Of a DNA stretch of 58,878 nucleotides, positions 21,310 to 30,323 are shown piece after piece. The notes under the pieces are model-generated. The model made no database searches. It saw only the letters and a list, made by a program, of their open reading frames with translations, and was not told the DNA's origin. This DNA comes from Bacteroidales bacterium. GTDB lineage: Bacteria; Bacteroidota; Bacteroidia; Bacteroidales; DASVHX01. The stretch is taken from positions 1-58,878 of the forward strand of contig JBBRRV010000003.1 of NCBI GenBank assembly GCA_038246075.1. The letters run 5' to 3'. Numbering within the stretch: the stretch's first letter is position 1; the number at the start of each line of letters is the position of its first letter. Both the position numbers and the translations under genes were made by a program.

Positions 21310-21560
21310 GTTGAAATGGAGAATTGAGGAAATTGTATTAATATTGTGACTTCCCTCTTGTGCCTGAAATGCGTGCATGCGAAAGTTTCTGCCAAACACC
21401 TGATAGTTATTAAGGTTTCAGCGCTGAGTATATACTGAATAGCCTAAAACAATTTTAACGAACATATCGCGTCACAAACTTTAAAAAGGAAGTAAAATTA
21501 GTCGGATTAGGTCTTTATCACAGAACCGCCCCATTTGCATGAATACGATTATCTGGATTT

Positions 21561-22685
21561 ATGGATAAAAAATTAAGAATAGCTGCATTTGGTTTCAGGT
21601 CTCTGCCTATGCGTGAGGGTTGTGCCGGTGCTGATAAATTTGCATCAGAACTTTTCCCCCGCCTTGTTAAGGCAGGACATCAGGTAACCGGATATAACCG
21701 TTTATATCCTGGTCAAAGCCCGATAGCTGATGAATACCAGGGCGTAAGGCTGATAAACTTTACGACCATCGCCGCAAAAGGATTTGACACATTGTTTCAT
21801 TCTTTTAAATGCACTTTTCATATTATATTTAAGAACACTGCGGATGTGGTTCATATCCAGAATGGGGGTAACAGCATTTGGGCTTTATTTCTCCGGTTGG
21901 CGGGAAAAAAGGTGTTTATCAGCCAGGATGGAATTGACTGGAACAGGGAGAAATGGTCGTGGTACGCGAAAGTATATCTAAAATTATCAGCTTATTTAAC
22001 CGCTCATTTGCCTGACAAAGTTATTTTTGACAATGTTTTTGCCCGGGAGTATTTTGAGAAACGTTATGGAAAGCAGTTCGATTTCATTCCTTTTGGTAGC
22101 GATGTTCCTGATATACAGGATGATGAGTCGATTTTTAGAAAACTTGGTATCGAAGCGCATGAATATTTTTTATTTGTTGGCAGGTTTATTCCGGACAAAG
22201 GCCTGCATTATCTCATACCGGTTTTTGAGATGCTGGAAACCAATAAGAAACTTGTGTTAGTTGGAGGATCACCAAATCCTTCGGATTATGAACAAAAATT
22301 ACTATCAACAAAAGACTCCAGGATTATTTTTGCAGGTTACATTTATGGTGATGATTCTTTGCGCCTGATGAAAAATGCCTATTGTTATATTCAGCCCTCT
22401 GATGTTGAAGGTCTTTCACCTGTTATACTCAATGTGATGGGCATGGGCACTCCAATTTTGTGCAGTGATATTAAAGAAAATAAATATGCTGTGGCAGATA
22501 CGGCCACACTTTTTAAGGCAGGAGACACTGATTCATTAAGAATAACGCTTACAGGTCTGTTGAATTCGAATGCGCTGATGCTGAAGAAAGCTGAAAAGTC
22601 AAGGGAAAGGGCGTTGTCCCTGTTTAGTTGGGATCATGTCACACAGGAGCATGTGCGTCTTTTTCAAGAATCTTTTAGCCGCTAA
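21561..22685 (+). CDS. GT4-type glycosyltransferase with a DUF1972-like N-terminus
   Basis: The N-terminus RIAAFGFRSLPMREGCAGADKFASELFPRLVKAGHQVTGY is typical of the DUF1972 plus GT1/4 fusions of capsule loci. The C-terminal motif is PSDVEGLSPVILNVMGMGTPILCSD. Confidence 0.8.
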   Translation: MDKKLRIAAFGFRSLPMREGCAGADKFASELFPRLVKAGHQVTGYNRLYPGQSPIADEYQGVRLINFTTIAAKGFDTLFHSFKCTFHIIFKNTADVVHIQNGGNSIWALFLRLAGKKVFISQDGIDWNREKWSWYAKVYLKLSAYLTAHLPDKVIFDNVFAREYFEKRYGKQFDFIPFGSDVPDIQDDESIFRKLGIEAHEYFLFVGRFIPDKGLHYLIPVFEMLETNKKLVLVGGSPNPSDYEQKLLSTKDSRIIFAGYIYGDDSLRLMKNAYCYIQPSDVEGLSPVILNVMGMGTPILCSDIKENKYAVADTATLFKAGDTDSLRITLTGLLNSNALMLKKAEKSRERALSLFSWDHVTQEHVRLFQESFSR

Positions 22686-22840
22686 TGTTTATACCGGTGT
22701 TAACATGATGAGATAGGTTCAGTGATAACGGAATAATGATATGACTACCTGCTGTAAAAAGGAATATGGAGTCAGACTTTTTTATCAGATGCAGGAAATC
22801 AGGTACAAAATGGCGTTTAAAATAAAATAAAAATCTAAAA

Positions 22841-23725
22841 ATGCGCAAAATCGTATTCGGATTATTGAGGCTTTCAGGGATTCATTTTCTATTCAGAGAG
22901 ATCATACAGCGTAATAAAGTTACTATTCTACTGTTTCACGATATCAGCAAAGAATCAGCGGAAAAGACATTTACGTTTCTGGCGAAAAAATATAATATTA
23001 TTGCTTTAGATGATTTCATAAATGCAGTAAAAAATCAAACTCCTTTACCTAAGAAAGCAATGATTATAACTTTTGATGACGGCCATGTCAGGAATTATGA
23101 AATGTTGCCGGTTATAAAAAAGTTAAACATACCTGTTACGATTTTTTTGTGTGCATCTATTATTAACACGAATCGTCATTATTGGTTTTTGCTTGAGAAT
23201 TTCGGAATCTCTAAATCTAAATTGAAGAAAAAATCAAACAAGGATAAACTTGAAATTCTTTCTAAAACCGGATTCGAAACTGATAAGGAATATGACACTC
23301 CACAAGCATTGCAAAAGAAGCAGATTGAGGAAATGAGTCCATATGTGAATTTTCAGTCGCATACATTGTTCCATCCGATCCTGCCTAAATGTGGCGATGA
23401 GCAAGCCTGGGAAGAAATATTTTATTCGAAGGAAATACTTGAAAAGGAATATGGATTTAAAATAAACACGATTTCCTATCCCAATGGAGATTACTCGGAA
23501 AGGGATATTCAGTTGGCCAAAAAAGCAAATTACGAATGTGGCATTACTGTGGATTATGGTTATAATACCCTAAAAACGGATCTCTTTAGGCTTAAACGTC
23601 TTTGTGCTAATGATACAGATGATATAAATGAATTAATTATTAAAGCGACCGGTGCGTGGTCCTATCTGAGGGCAGGATTTGGAATCAGGCAGGGATTCGG
23701 CTTTATGGATAAAACCGAGAAATAA
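22841..23725 (+). CDS. Polysaccharide deacetylase (NodB homology, CE4)
   Basis: It has the NodB motifs ITFDDGH and SHTLFHP. It is the last gene of the EPS block. Confidence 0.85.
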   Translation: MRKIVFGLLRLSGIHFLFREIIQRNKVTILLFHDISKESAEKTFTFLAKKYNIIALDDFINAVKNQTPLPKKAMIITFDDGHVRNYEMLPVIKKLNIPVTIFLCASIINTNRHYWFLLENFGISKSKLKKKSNKDKLEILSKTGFETDKEYDTPQALQKKQIEEMSPYVNFQSHTLFHPILPKCGDEQAWEEIFYSKEILEKEYGFKINTISYPNGDYSERDIQLAKKANYECGITVDYGYNTLKTDLFRLKRLCANDTDDINELIIKATGAWSYLRAGFGIRQGFGFMDKTEK

Positions 23726-23851
23726 TGAAGTTTGCTAATTGAGCAGAAAACAAAAACATCGCAAAGAAATAGCCGCACATCATTATCGAACACCGGATCA
23801 ATGGAACGATGACAGTAATATGATAATACTTCAATCTCCAGGAACGCCATG

Positions 23852-23889
23852 AATTTTCGCCGTCAATCAGAACATTGACGGCGAAAATT
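23852..23889. promoter_or_regulatory. Perfect 16-bp-stem inverted repeat (EPS-operon terminator and/or operator in front of the hydroxylase gene)
   Basis: AATTTTCGCCGTCAAT (23852-23867), loop CAGAAC, ATTGACGGCGAAAATT (23874-23889). It lies 126 nt after the deacetylase stop and 25 nt before the ATG at 23915. There is no clean T-run. Confidence 0.5.
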
Positions 23890-23914
23890 GGTTATATAGC
23901 TAATACATTCGCGC

Positions 23915-25645
23915 ATGGAATCAAACCCTGTACTCGACAGACTTCCCAAACACCTGATGAGCCTGGTCATTGATCAGCCCTACAGTAAATATACTGCACA
24001 GGATCACGCGGTATGGCGCTATGTAATGCGTCAGAATGTAAAACACCTGGCTGGAGTGGCTCATCATTCTTACCTGGAGGGACTCAAACGTACGGGTATT
24101 AGTATCGACACCATTCCGCATATGTATGGAATGAACCGTATATTAAGCGAAATAGGGTGGGCTGCAGTTGCGGTGGATGGATTCATTCCTCCTGCTGCAT
24201 TCATGGAATTTCAGGCCTGCAATGTACTGGTCATTGCTGCGGATATGCGCCCGGTAAATCAAATTCTGTACACACCTGCCCCCGACATCATCCATGAGGC
24301 AGCGGGCCATGCACCTATCATAGCCGATGCCGAATATGCAGCCTATCTCCGGATGTTCGGGTACTACGGTTCAAAAGCATTTTCTTCCCAAAGCGATTAC
24401 CGGATTTATGAAGCAATTCGCCATCTTTCAATCCTGAAGGCCGATCCTTATACGCCTGCTGCTGATATCCGGAACGCTGAGCAGGAATTATCCGGGTTGG
24501 AGCAGCTATCGGAAACGCCATCAGAAATGGCACAACTGCGCAATTTGCATTGGTGGACAGTAGAATATGGCCTTGTCGGTGAAATTGACAAACCGAAAAT
24601 CTATGGGGCTGGTCTGCTGTCTTCTATCGGCGAAAGTTTTAACTGCCTGAAACCCCAGGTGCAGAAGTTACCTTATTCACTTCAAGCGGTTCATTACAAT
24701 TTTGACATCACCACGCAACAACCCCACCTTTTTGTTACGCCCGATTTTGCCTGGCTCATGACTGTCCTGGAAGAATTTGCCAATGGCATGGCCCTCAGAA
24801 CAGGTGGTGTTCAGGGATTGCAGAAGGCTGTTGATTCCGGTGCAACAGCCACTGCAGTTTATAATTCGGGATTGCAGGTTTGCGGTACATTCAGCCAGGT
24901 GCTTTCTGCAAAAGAAGAAGTAGTATACATCAGAACTTTAGGACCGGCTATGCTGTGTTTTAAGGATAAGATTTTACCAGGACAAGGCCGCGACCACCAC
25001 AGGGGAGGATATGGTTCCCCGGTGGGTAAACTGAAAGGCCATCCGGAATCGCTGGAATCTCTTTCCGACGGCGAATTGGCCGGTTCAGGGATTCTTACCG
25101 GGCAAACTGTTACACTCGAATTTGAGTCGGGAGTGAAGGTAGCCGGCCTGTTAAATTCCCTCACGCGAAAAGAAGGCAAACTGGTGCTGATGACTTTTGA
25201 TAAGTGCCTGGTGACGCTTCGTGAACAAACCCTCTTTCTTCCTGAATGGGGCCTTTATGAAATGGGCGTAGGAGAGAAGATTGTTTCAGTTTTTGCAGGG
25301 CCTGCTGATGCCGGTGCTTTTGGCCTGAACTACCCTGTCCCAAAAGAGAAAACGCATAAAATCCATCATGCTGAGAACGCGGTTATACTGCATGAACTGT
25401 ATCGACAAGTGGCGGCTATGCGTGAAAACGGTTATACGCCTGCCCTGATCGAAAAACTGTGGAAAATTGCAGTTGAAAAATTTCCGGACGAATGGCTGCT
25501 AGCCCTTGAGATATACGAAATTCTTGTATTGAATGACCATCAGGCACTTGCAGGAGAAGTTAAAAGCCATCTTGAGCAAGCCGCTGCAGAGAATCCAGAT
25601 ACGCATAAACTTATCAATGATGGCATTAAAATCCTCGTCCCCTGA
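23915..25645 (+). CDS. phhA: Aromatic amino acid (phenylalanine-4-) hydroxylase, long form with a C-terminal extension of about 270 aa
   Basis: The iron ligands are in PDIIHEAAGHAP (H-x4-H) and WWTVEYGLV (Glu), matching the catalytic core of biopterin-dependent hydroxylases within the first 300 aa or so. The rest has no motif I recognise. Confidence 0.8.
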   Translation: MESNPVLDRLPKHLMSLVIDQPYSKYTAQDHAVWRYVMRQNVKHLAGVAHHSYLEGLKRTGISIDTIPHMYGMNRILSEIGWAAVAVDGFIPPAAFMEFQACNVLVIAADMRPVNQILYTPAPDIIHEAAGHAPIIADAEYAAYLRMFGYYGSKAFSSQSDYRIYEAIRHLSILKADPYTPAADIRNAEQELSGLEQLSETPSEMAQLRNLHWWTVEYGLVGEIDKPKIYGAGLLSSIGESFNCLKPQVQKLPYSLQAVHYNFDITTQQPHLFVTPDFAWLMTVLEEFANGMALRTGGVQGLQKAVDSGATATAVYNSGLQVCGTFSQVLSAKEEVVYIRTLGPAMLCFKDKILPGQGRDHHRGGYGSPVGKLKGHPESLESLSDGELAGSGILTGQTVTLEFESGVKVAGLLNSLTRKEGKLVLMTFDKCLVTLREQTLFLPEWGLYEMGVGEKIVSVFAGPADAGAFGLNYPVPKEKTHKIHHAENAVILHELYRQVAAMRENGYTPALIEKLWKIAVEKFPDEWLLALEIYEILVLNDHQALAGEVKSHLEQAAAENPDTHKLINDGIKILVP

Positions 25646-25658
25646 TTATTGAATAGAA

Positions 25659-26552
25659 TTAAACAGCAAGTATTAGTTTCAAGGCATCAATAATCTCACC
25701 TTTGGCTATTAATTCCCTGACCTGCAGATGCACTTGCTGAATCAGCAGCTCAGGTTCCCCGGCGCATTTGATCCGCAGCTGACGAACCAGATCTGATTTT
25801 GCATATGCTGCAACCTCAACTGCAGTGGGGAAATGCTCAAGGCTACCCAGGCGGGCAAGTTCGTTGCCGGTAAGTATGCGGCTCATTCTTACCTCTTCCG
25901 GCAGGGCATCAATGCCCAGGCTCATCTTATCATTCGGTTTGGGTACAGTGAAAATGGCACTTCCTGAGGCTTTCACATAATAATTCCCGCCCATCCTGCC
26001 AACCAGGTTTATTTTATCAGGATCGATCAATCCTTTCTCATCGAATATATTTTCGTTGAGGTGCATCACCACTACTTCACAGACAATGAGGTTTGCTGAG
26101 CCCCCACCTTTACCGGTTTCAATAACCTGACGCACCTTGCACTCAATCTGAGCCGGCGATTCTTTTACACGGAATGGCCGAATTTTTTCTGAAGGAATTT
26201 GGGTGAATCCTGATTTGATGAATTCATTGGATCCCCGGGGATATTCAGTGCTGGCCAGGCTGGCTTGCTGAACCATATCAAAAGTTACTACGTTTATAAC
26301 GACTTCAGGCACTTCGATCACATTGAGCAAAGTGTCTTTTAAGGTGTTGTCTCTTCCGCGCCTTGAAGGTGAAAAAATCAGCGTGGTAGGATTTACACCA
26401 AAAACATTAAAACAGCTGAAAGGAGAAAGGTTTGGATTACCGTGCTGGTCGATAGTGCTGGCAAAGGCAATCGGCCTTGGCGCAATGACACCCAGCAGCA
26501 TGTTGTGAAGCTGGCGGGAAGGAATTTGATTGGGATCGATGGTCTGCATCAT
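25659..26552 (-). CDS. Flavin reductase-like FMN-binding protein
   Basis: The split-barrel flavin reductase opening reads LLGVIAPRPIAFASTIDQHGNPNLSPFSCFN. It has about 100 extra C-terminal residues. Confidence 0.7.
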   Translation of the reverse strand: MMQTIDPNQIPSRQLHNMLLGVIAPRPIAFASTIDQHGNPNLSPFSCFNVFGVNPTTLIFSPSRRGRDNTLKDTLLNVIEVPEVVINVVTFDMVQQASLASTEYPRGSNEFIKSGFTQIPSEKIRPFRVKESPAQIECKVRQVIETGKGGGSANLIVCEVVVMHLNENIFDEKGLIDPDKINLVGRMGGNYYVKASGSAIFTVPKPNDKMSLGIDALPEEVRMSRILTGNELARLGSLEHFPTAVEVAAYAKSDLVRQLRIKCAGEPELLIQQVHLQVRELIAKGEIIDALKLILAV

Positions 26553-26599
26553 ATGTAAATCTTAATGCGCATTAACAAAGGAGTTGCAAATTCATTATT

Positions 26600-27868
26600 T
26601 TAAATTGCCGGTAGAATAGTGGTACGGACTTCGCCAAAACCAATATGCAAACCGTCTTTTTCGCAGAAGCCCCGCATAATGATTGTATCATTGTCGTTGA
26701 TAAATTTACGCTCACTTCCGTCAGGCATTTGAATCGGTTTTGTGCCTCTCCAGGTTATCTCCAGCATGGAACCCTGTGACCCGGCGTCGGGGCCACTGAT
26801 TGTTCCGGAACCACAAAGATCACCAACCCTCACATTGCACCCGTTCACGGTATGATGTGCCAATTGCTGGCTCATGTTCCAGTACAGGTGCTTAAAATTG
26901 GATTTACATACACTTAATGGTTGCTGCTTTGGCGCTTCTATGAGCACTTCGAGGTGGATGTCGAAATTGCGGTCTCCTTCCGAACGGAGGTATGGCAGAA
27001 CCGGGGGGGCCTGGTCAGGTCCCTTTACCCTGAAGGGCTCGAGAGCTTCCATGGTAACTATCCAGGGCGAAATGACCGATGCGAAGTTCTTCGCCAGGAA
27101 AGGTCCTAGCGGCACATACTCCCAGCTTTGTATATCCCTGGCTGATAGATCATTAAATAAAAGTATGCCAAAAATGCTGTCTTCAGCCTCATTCACAGGA
27201 ATACTGCTTCCCAGTGGGGTGTTTTGACCTATCACAAAAGCGGTTTCAAGCTCAAAATCTAACTGGTGTGTAGGTGAAAAAACAGGGGAAGGGGCATCAG
27301 CAGGCTTTATCTGACCTTTTGGGCGTATAACTGATGTTCCGGAAATTACGATAGAGGAAGAACGGCCATGATAGCCAACAGGAAGATGTTTCCAGTTGGG
27401 TAGAAGCGCCTGAGCCGGGTCACGAAACATCATGCCGACGTTGGTGGCATGTTCGATGCTCGAATAAAAATCGGTATAATCGCCTATCTGCAGTGGCAGG
27501 TGCATGCCGGCAAGGGCAACAGGAATCAGCGCGTTTTCCCGATGTGAAAGACTCATGCTTTCAATACTGAATAGTTCGATCAGCCGGTTGCGCAATGCTT
27601 TCCACGCAGGTTTTCCCAGTGATATGAAATCATTAAGAACCGGACCGGAAAATACAGCATAGTCCATAATGCCGGTGCCATCAAGGTAGCCTGCCTTTGC
27701 CAGTGCATCAAGGTCGATTACATAATCACCCAGGCGGCTGCAGGCCCGTGGTTTAGTTCCGGAAGTGGAAAATATACCCAATGGAAAATTCTGAAGTGGA
27801 AAGTCACTTCCTTCCGGCACGTGGAGCCAGGATGAATGAGTTTGTAGTTGCATTTTAGTTTGTGTCAT
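26600..27868 (-). CDS. fahA: Fumarylacetoacetase
   Basis: FAH N-domain (FPLQNFPLGIFS) and C-domain patterns are present. The tracked ORF (to 28036) overlaps hppD by 167 nt. The ATG at 27868 (MTQTKMQLQ...) lies 1 nt after the hppD stop codon and gives a normal protein of about 422 aa. Confidence 0.9.
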   Translation of the reverse strand: MTQTKMQLQTHSSWLHVPEGSDFPLQNFPLGIFSTSGTKPRACSRLGDYVIDLDALAKAGYLDGTGIMDYAVFSGPVLNDFISLGKPAWKALRNRLIELFSIESMSLSHRENALIPVALAGMHLPLQIGDYTDFYSSIEHATNVGMMFRDPAQALLPNWKHLPVGYHGRSSSIVISGTSVIRPKGQIKPADAPSPVFSPTHQLDFELETAFVIGQNTPLGSSIPVNEAEDSIFGILLFNDLSARDIQSWEYVPLGPFLAKNFASVISPWIVTMEALEPFRVKGPDQAPPVLPYLRSEGDRNFDIHLEVLIEAPKQQPLSVCKSNFKHLYWNMSQQLAHHTVNGCNVRVGDLCGSGTISGPDAGSQGSMLEITWRGTKPIQMPDGSERKFINDNDTIIMRGFCEKDGLHIGFGEVRTTILPAI

Positions 27869-27869
27869 C

Positions 27870-28982
27870 TCAGAGTGTTCCGCGGAGCTCCTGCTCGCGT
27901 TCAATGGATTCAAAGAGTGCTTTAAAATTGCCTTTACCAAATGACTTCGCTCCTTTGCGCTGTATGATCTCATAGAATACAGTGGGCCGGTCTTCAACAG
28001 GTTTGGAAAAGATCTGGAGCAGGTAGCCTTCATCATCGCGATCTATCAGGATGTTAAGCGCTCTTAATTCCTTAAGGTCTTCATCGATTGCGCCCACGCG
28101 TTTCAATACATCTTCATAATAGCTATCGGGCACTAATAGAAACGCTACGCCTCTGCGCTTGAGCTCAGCAACAGTGCTGATAATGTTATCGGTGGCCATA
28201 GCCACATGCTGAACCCCTGATCCTCCGTAGAAGTCTAAATATTCTTCGATCTGCGATTTCTTCCTCCCTTTGGCCGGTTCGTTAATCGGAAATTTTATCC
28301 TCCCGTTTCCATTGGACATTACTTTACTCATAAGGGCAGTATACTCGGTGGAGATGTCTTTATCATCAAAGGAAACCAATTGAGAAAAGCCCATCACTTC
28401 TGCATAAAATTTCACCCAGGTGTTCATCTCTCCCCAGCCAACATTGCCCACCATGTGGTCAACATATTTAAGGCCGGTATCGGTTGTGCTGAAAGCCGGC
28501 TCCCATTTGACATAGCCAGGGAGGAACAGCCCCGTGTAGTCTTTGCGTTCCACGAAAACATGCACCGTGTCGCCGTATGTGTGAATGCCCGAAAGTACAA
28601 CCTGACCCTGTCCATCGGTTTCAACATGTGGCTGCAGGTATGGCCTGGCGCCGCGCTTAACAGTCTCATCAAAAGAGCGACGTGCATCGTCGACCCACAT
28701 GGCCACTACTTTTACACCATCACCATGTTTTTTTACATGGTCGGCAATGGGCGAATCAGCCACGAGCGCAGTCGTAAATACAAAACGGATCTTATCCTGC
28801 TGCAGCACATATGAAGTCCGCTCTTTCTGACCGGTTTCCAGACCGGCATAGGCCAAAGGCTGAAATCCAAATGCAGACTGGTAATAATAGGCTGCCTGTT
28901 TGGCATTGCCAACATAGAATTCAACGTAATCAGTGCCATTGATAGGCAGGAATTCTTCAGTTGTGTTGGGTGATTCGTTCAT
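27870..28982 (-). CDS. hppD: 4-hydroxyphenylpyruvate dioxygenase
   Basis: It has two VOC modules and the HPPD C-terminal signature FYEIIQRKGAKSFGKGNFKALFESIEREQELRG. Confidence 0.95.
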   Translation of the reverse strand: MNESPNTTEEFLPINGTDYVEFYVGNAKQAAYYYQSAFGFQPLAYAGLETGQKERTSYVLQQDKIRFVFTTALVADSPIADHVKKHGDGVKVVAMWVDDARRSFDETVKRGARPYLQPHVETDGQGQVVLSGIHTYGDTVHVFVERKDYTGLFLPGYVKWEPAFSTTDTGLKYVDHMVGNVGWGEMNTWVKFYAEVMGFSQLVSFDDKDISTEYTALMSKVMSNGNGRIKFPINEPAKGRKKSQIEEYLDFYGGSGVQHVAMATDNIISTVAELKRRGVAFLLVPDSYYEDVLKRVGAIDEDLKELRALNILIDRDDEGYLLQIFSKPVEDRPTVFYEIIQRKGAKSFGKGNFKALFESIEREQELRGTL

Positions 28983-29005
28983 AAAATTTCCGTATTAAGG
29001 ATAAA

Positions 29006-29066
29006 GGCAATAGGCAAAAGGCAATGGCATTTGGTAATAGGCAACAGCATTTGGTAATAGGCAACA
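29006..29066. repeat. Tandem repeat: two perfect 20-bp units GCATTTGGTAATAGGCAACA preceded by degenerate GGCAA(T/A)AG units
   Basis: The two units at 29027-29046 and 29047-29066 are identical. Upstream, 29006-29026 contains related GGCAATAGGCAAAAGGCAATG. The repeat lies in the hmgA-hppD spacer. Confidence 0.85.
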
Positions 29067-29123
29067 GGTTCGATATAAAAAAAATGTGCACACTATCCTA
29101 ACATAAACTGTATTAGAAAACCA

Positions 29124-29161
29124 ACTCCAGGCACTCCAGGCACTCCAGGCACTCTAGGCAC
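29124..29161. repeat. Tandem 9-bp repeat ACTCCAGGC x3 plus ACTCTAGGC
   Basis: Read directly: units at 29124-29132, 29133-29141, 29142-29150 and 29151-29159 (one substitution), then a partial AC. The repeat ends 5 nt from the hmgA stop codon. Confidence 0.9.
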
Positions 29162-29165
29162 TTCT

Positions 29166-30323
29166 TCAACCGATCCATGAACGGTAATAATCCTGGTCTT
29201 CAATTTCGAAAGCCTGGCGGGTGAGTTTGAGCGGACGAAAAGTGTCGATCATAACGGCAAGTTCCTTTGTCTCCTTAGCGCCAAGGCTCTTCTGCACAGT
29301 TCCGGGATGTGGTCCATGGGGTATGCCAATAGGATGCAAGGTAATCTGCCCCTTCTCAACATGCTTGCGGCTCATAAAATCACCATCTACATAATACAAC
29401 ACTTCATCCGAATCAACATTACTATGGTTATAGGGAACGGGAACAGACAGGGGATGATAGTCAAACAGGCGGGGAACAAAGGCGCACATCACGAAATTAT
29501 GCGCTTCGAAGGTCTGATGCACTGGCGGAGGTTGGTGGATACGGCCTGTAATGGGCTCGAAGTCATGAATTGAAAATACAAACGGATATTGGAATCCATC
29601 CCAGCCTATGACATCAAAAGGATGGGAAGTGTAATGATATGGGAAAATCTGGTCGTTTTTCTTGATCAGAACCCTGAAGTCGCCCTTTTCATCATGTGTC
29701 TCAAGGTTGGTGGGCTTACGCAAATCGCGTTCGCAGTATGGCGCATGCTCTGCCAGTTGCCCTGCTTTGTTGATGTATTTTTTAGGGAACCCGATTGGTG
29801 AAAAGGATTGAACGATCAGCAGGCGGTTATCGGTTGTTTTAAATTCAATCTGATAAGTTACGCCTCTTGGAATGATAACATGATCGCCATAGCCGAAAGC
29901 GATCTGCCCGAACATCGTATGCAATATGCCTTCGCCCTTGTGGACAAAGATGAGCTCATGAGCATCGGAGTTCTTGAAAAAATAATCCTTCATCGACTTC
30001 CGGGGAGCTGACAATTCAATATATAGATCGCTGTTCACCAATACCGGTACCCGGCTCTGCAGGTAATCATCTGCAGGTTTTATGCTGAATCCCTGGAAAC
30101 TGCGGTGCTGCATATTGTTCTCCAGTGCGATATCGGGTGCCATAGCGTAAGCATCTTCTATATGGCTTACCATTGTTGGCGGATAAAGATGATAGGAAAG
30201 AGAATAGGCATCAGAAAAGCCTTCAGTTGAGATCAGCTGTTCCGAATACATCCCTCCACCGGGTTTCACGAATTGTGTATGGCGTTTAGGGGGGATAGCA
30301 CCTAATGAATAGTAGTGAGACAT
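29166..30323 (-). CDS. hmgA: Homogentisate 1,2-dioxygenase (short bacterial form)
   Basis: Full-length HGD-like pattern, including the opening YYSLGAIPPKRHTQF and LHPIGIPHGPHPG. The tracked ORF starts at a TTG (30350). The ATG at 30323 (MSHYYSLG...) is the more likely start. Confidence 0.88.
   Translation of the reverse strand: MSHYYSLGAIPPKRHTQFVKPGGGMYSEQLISTEGFSDAYSLSYHLYPPTMVSHIEDAYAMAPDIALENNMQHRSFQGFSIKPADDYLQSRVPVLVNSDLYIELSAPRKSMKDYFFKNSDAHELIFVHKGEGILHTMFGQIAFGYGDHVIIPRGVTYQIEFKTTDNRLLIVQSFSPIGFPKKYINKAGQLAEHAPYCERDLRKPTNLETHDEKGDFRVLIKKNDQIFPYHYTSHPFDVIGWDGFQYPFVFSIHDFEPITGRIHQPPPVHQTFEAHNFVMCAFVPRLFDYHPLSVPVPYNHSNVDSDEVLYYVDGDFMSRKHVEKGQITLHPIGIPHGPHPGTVQKSLGAKETKELAVMIDTFRPLKLTRQAFEIEDQDYYRSWIG

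Noticed and set aside
27869-28036. The tracked fahA ORF has a 56-aa N-terminal extension (MMKATCSRSF...).
   Set aside because: It lies entirely inside the hppD coding region in another frame and has no FAH similarity. The internal ATG at 27868 directly follows the hppD stop.
28380-28814. A 144-aa plus-strand ORF and other ORFs of 62-117 aa lie antisense to hppD and fahA.
   Set aside because: They are shadow ORFs opposite strongly supported genes in a GC-richer region and carry no motifs.
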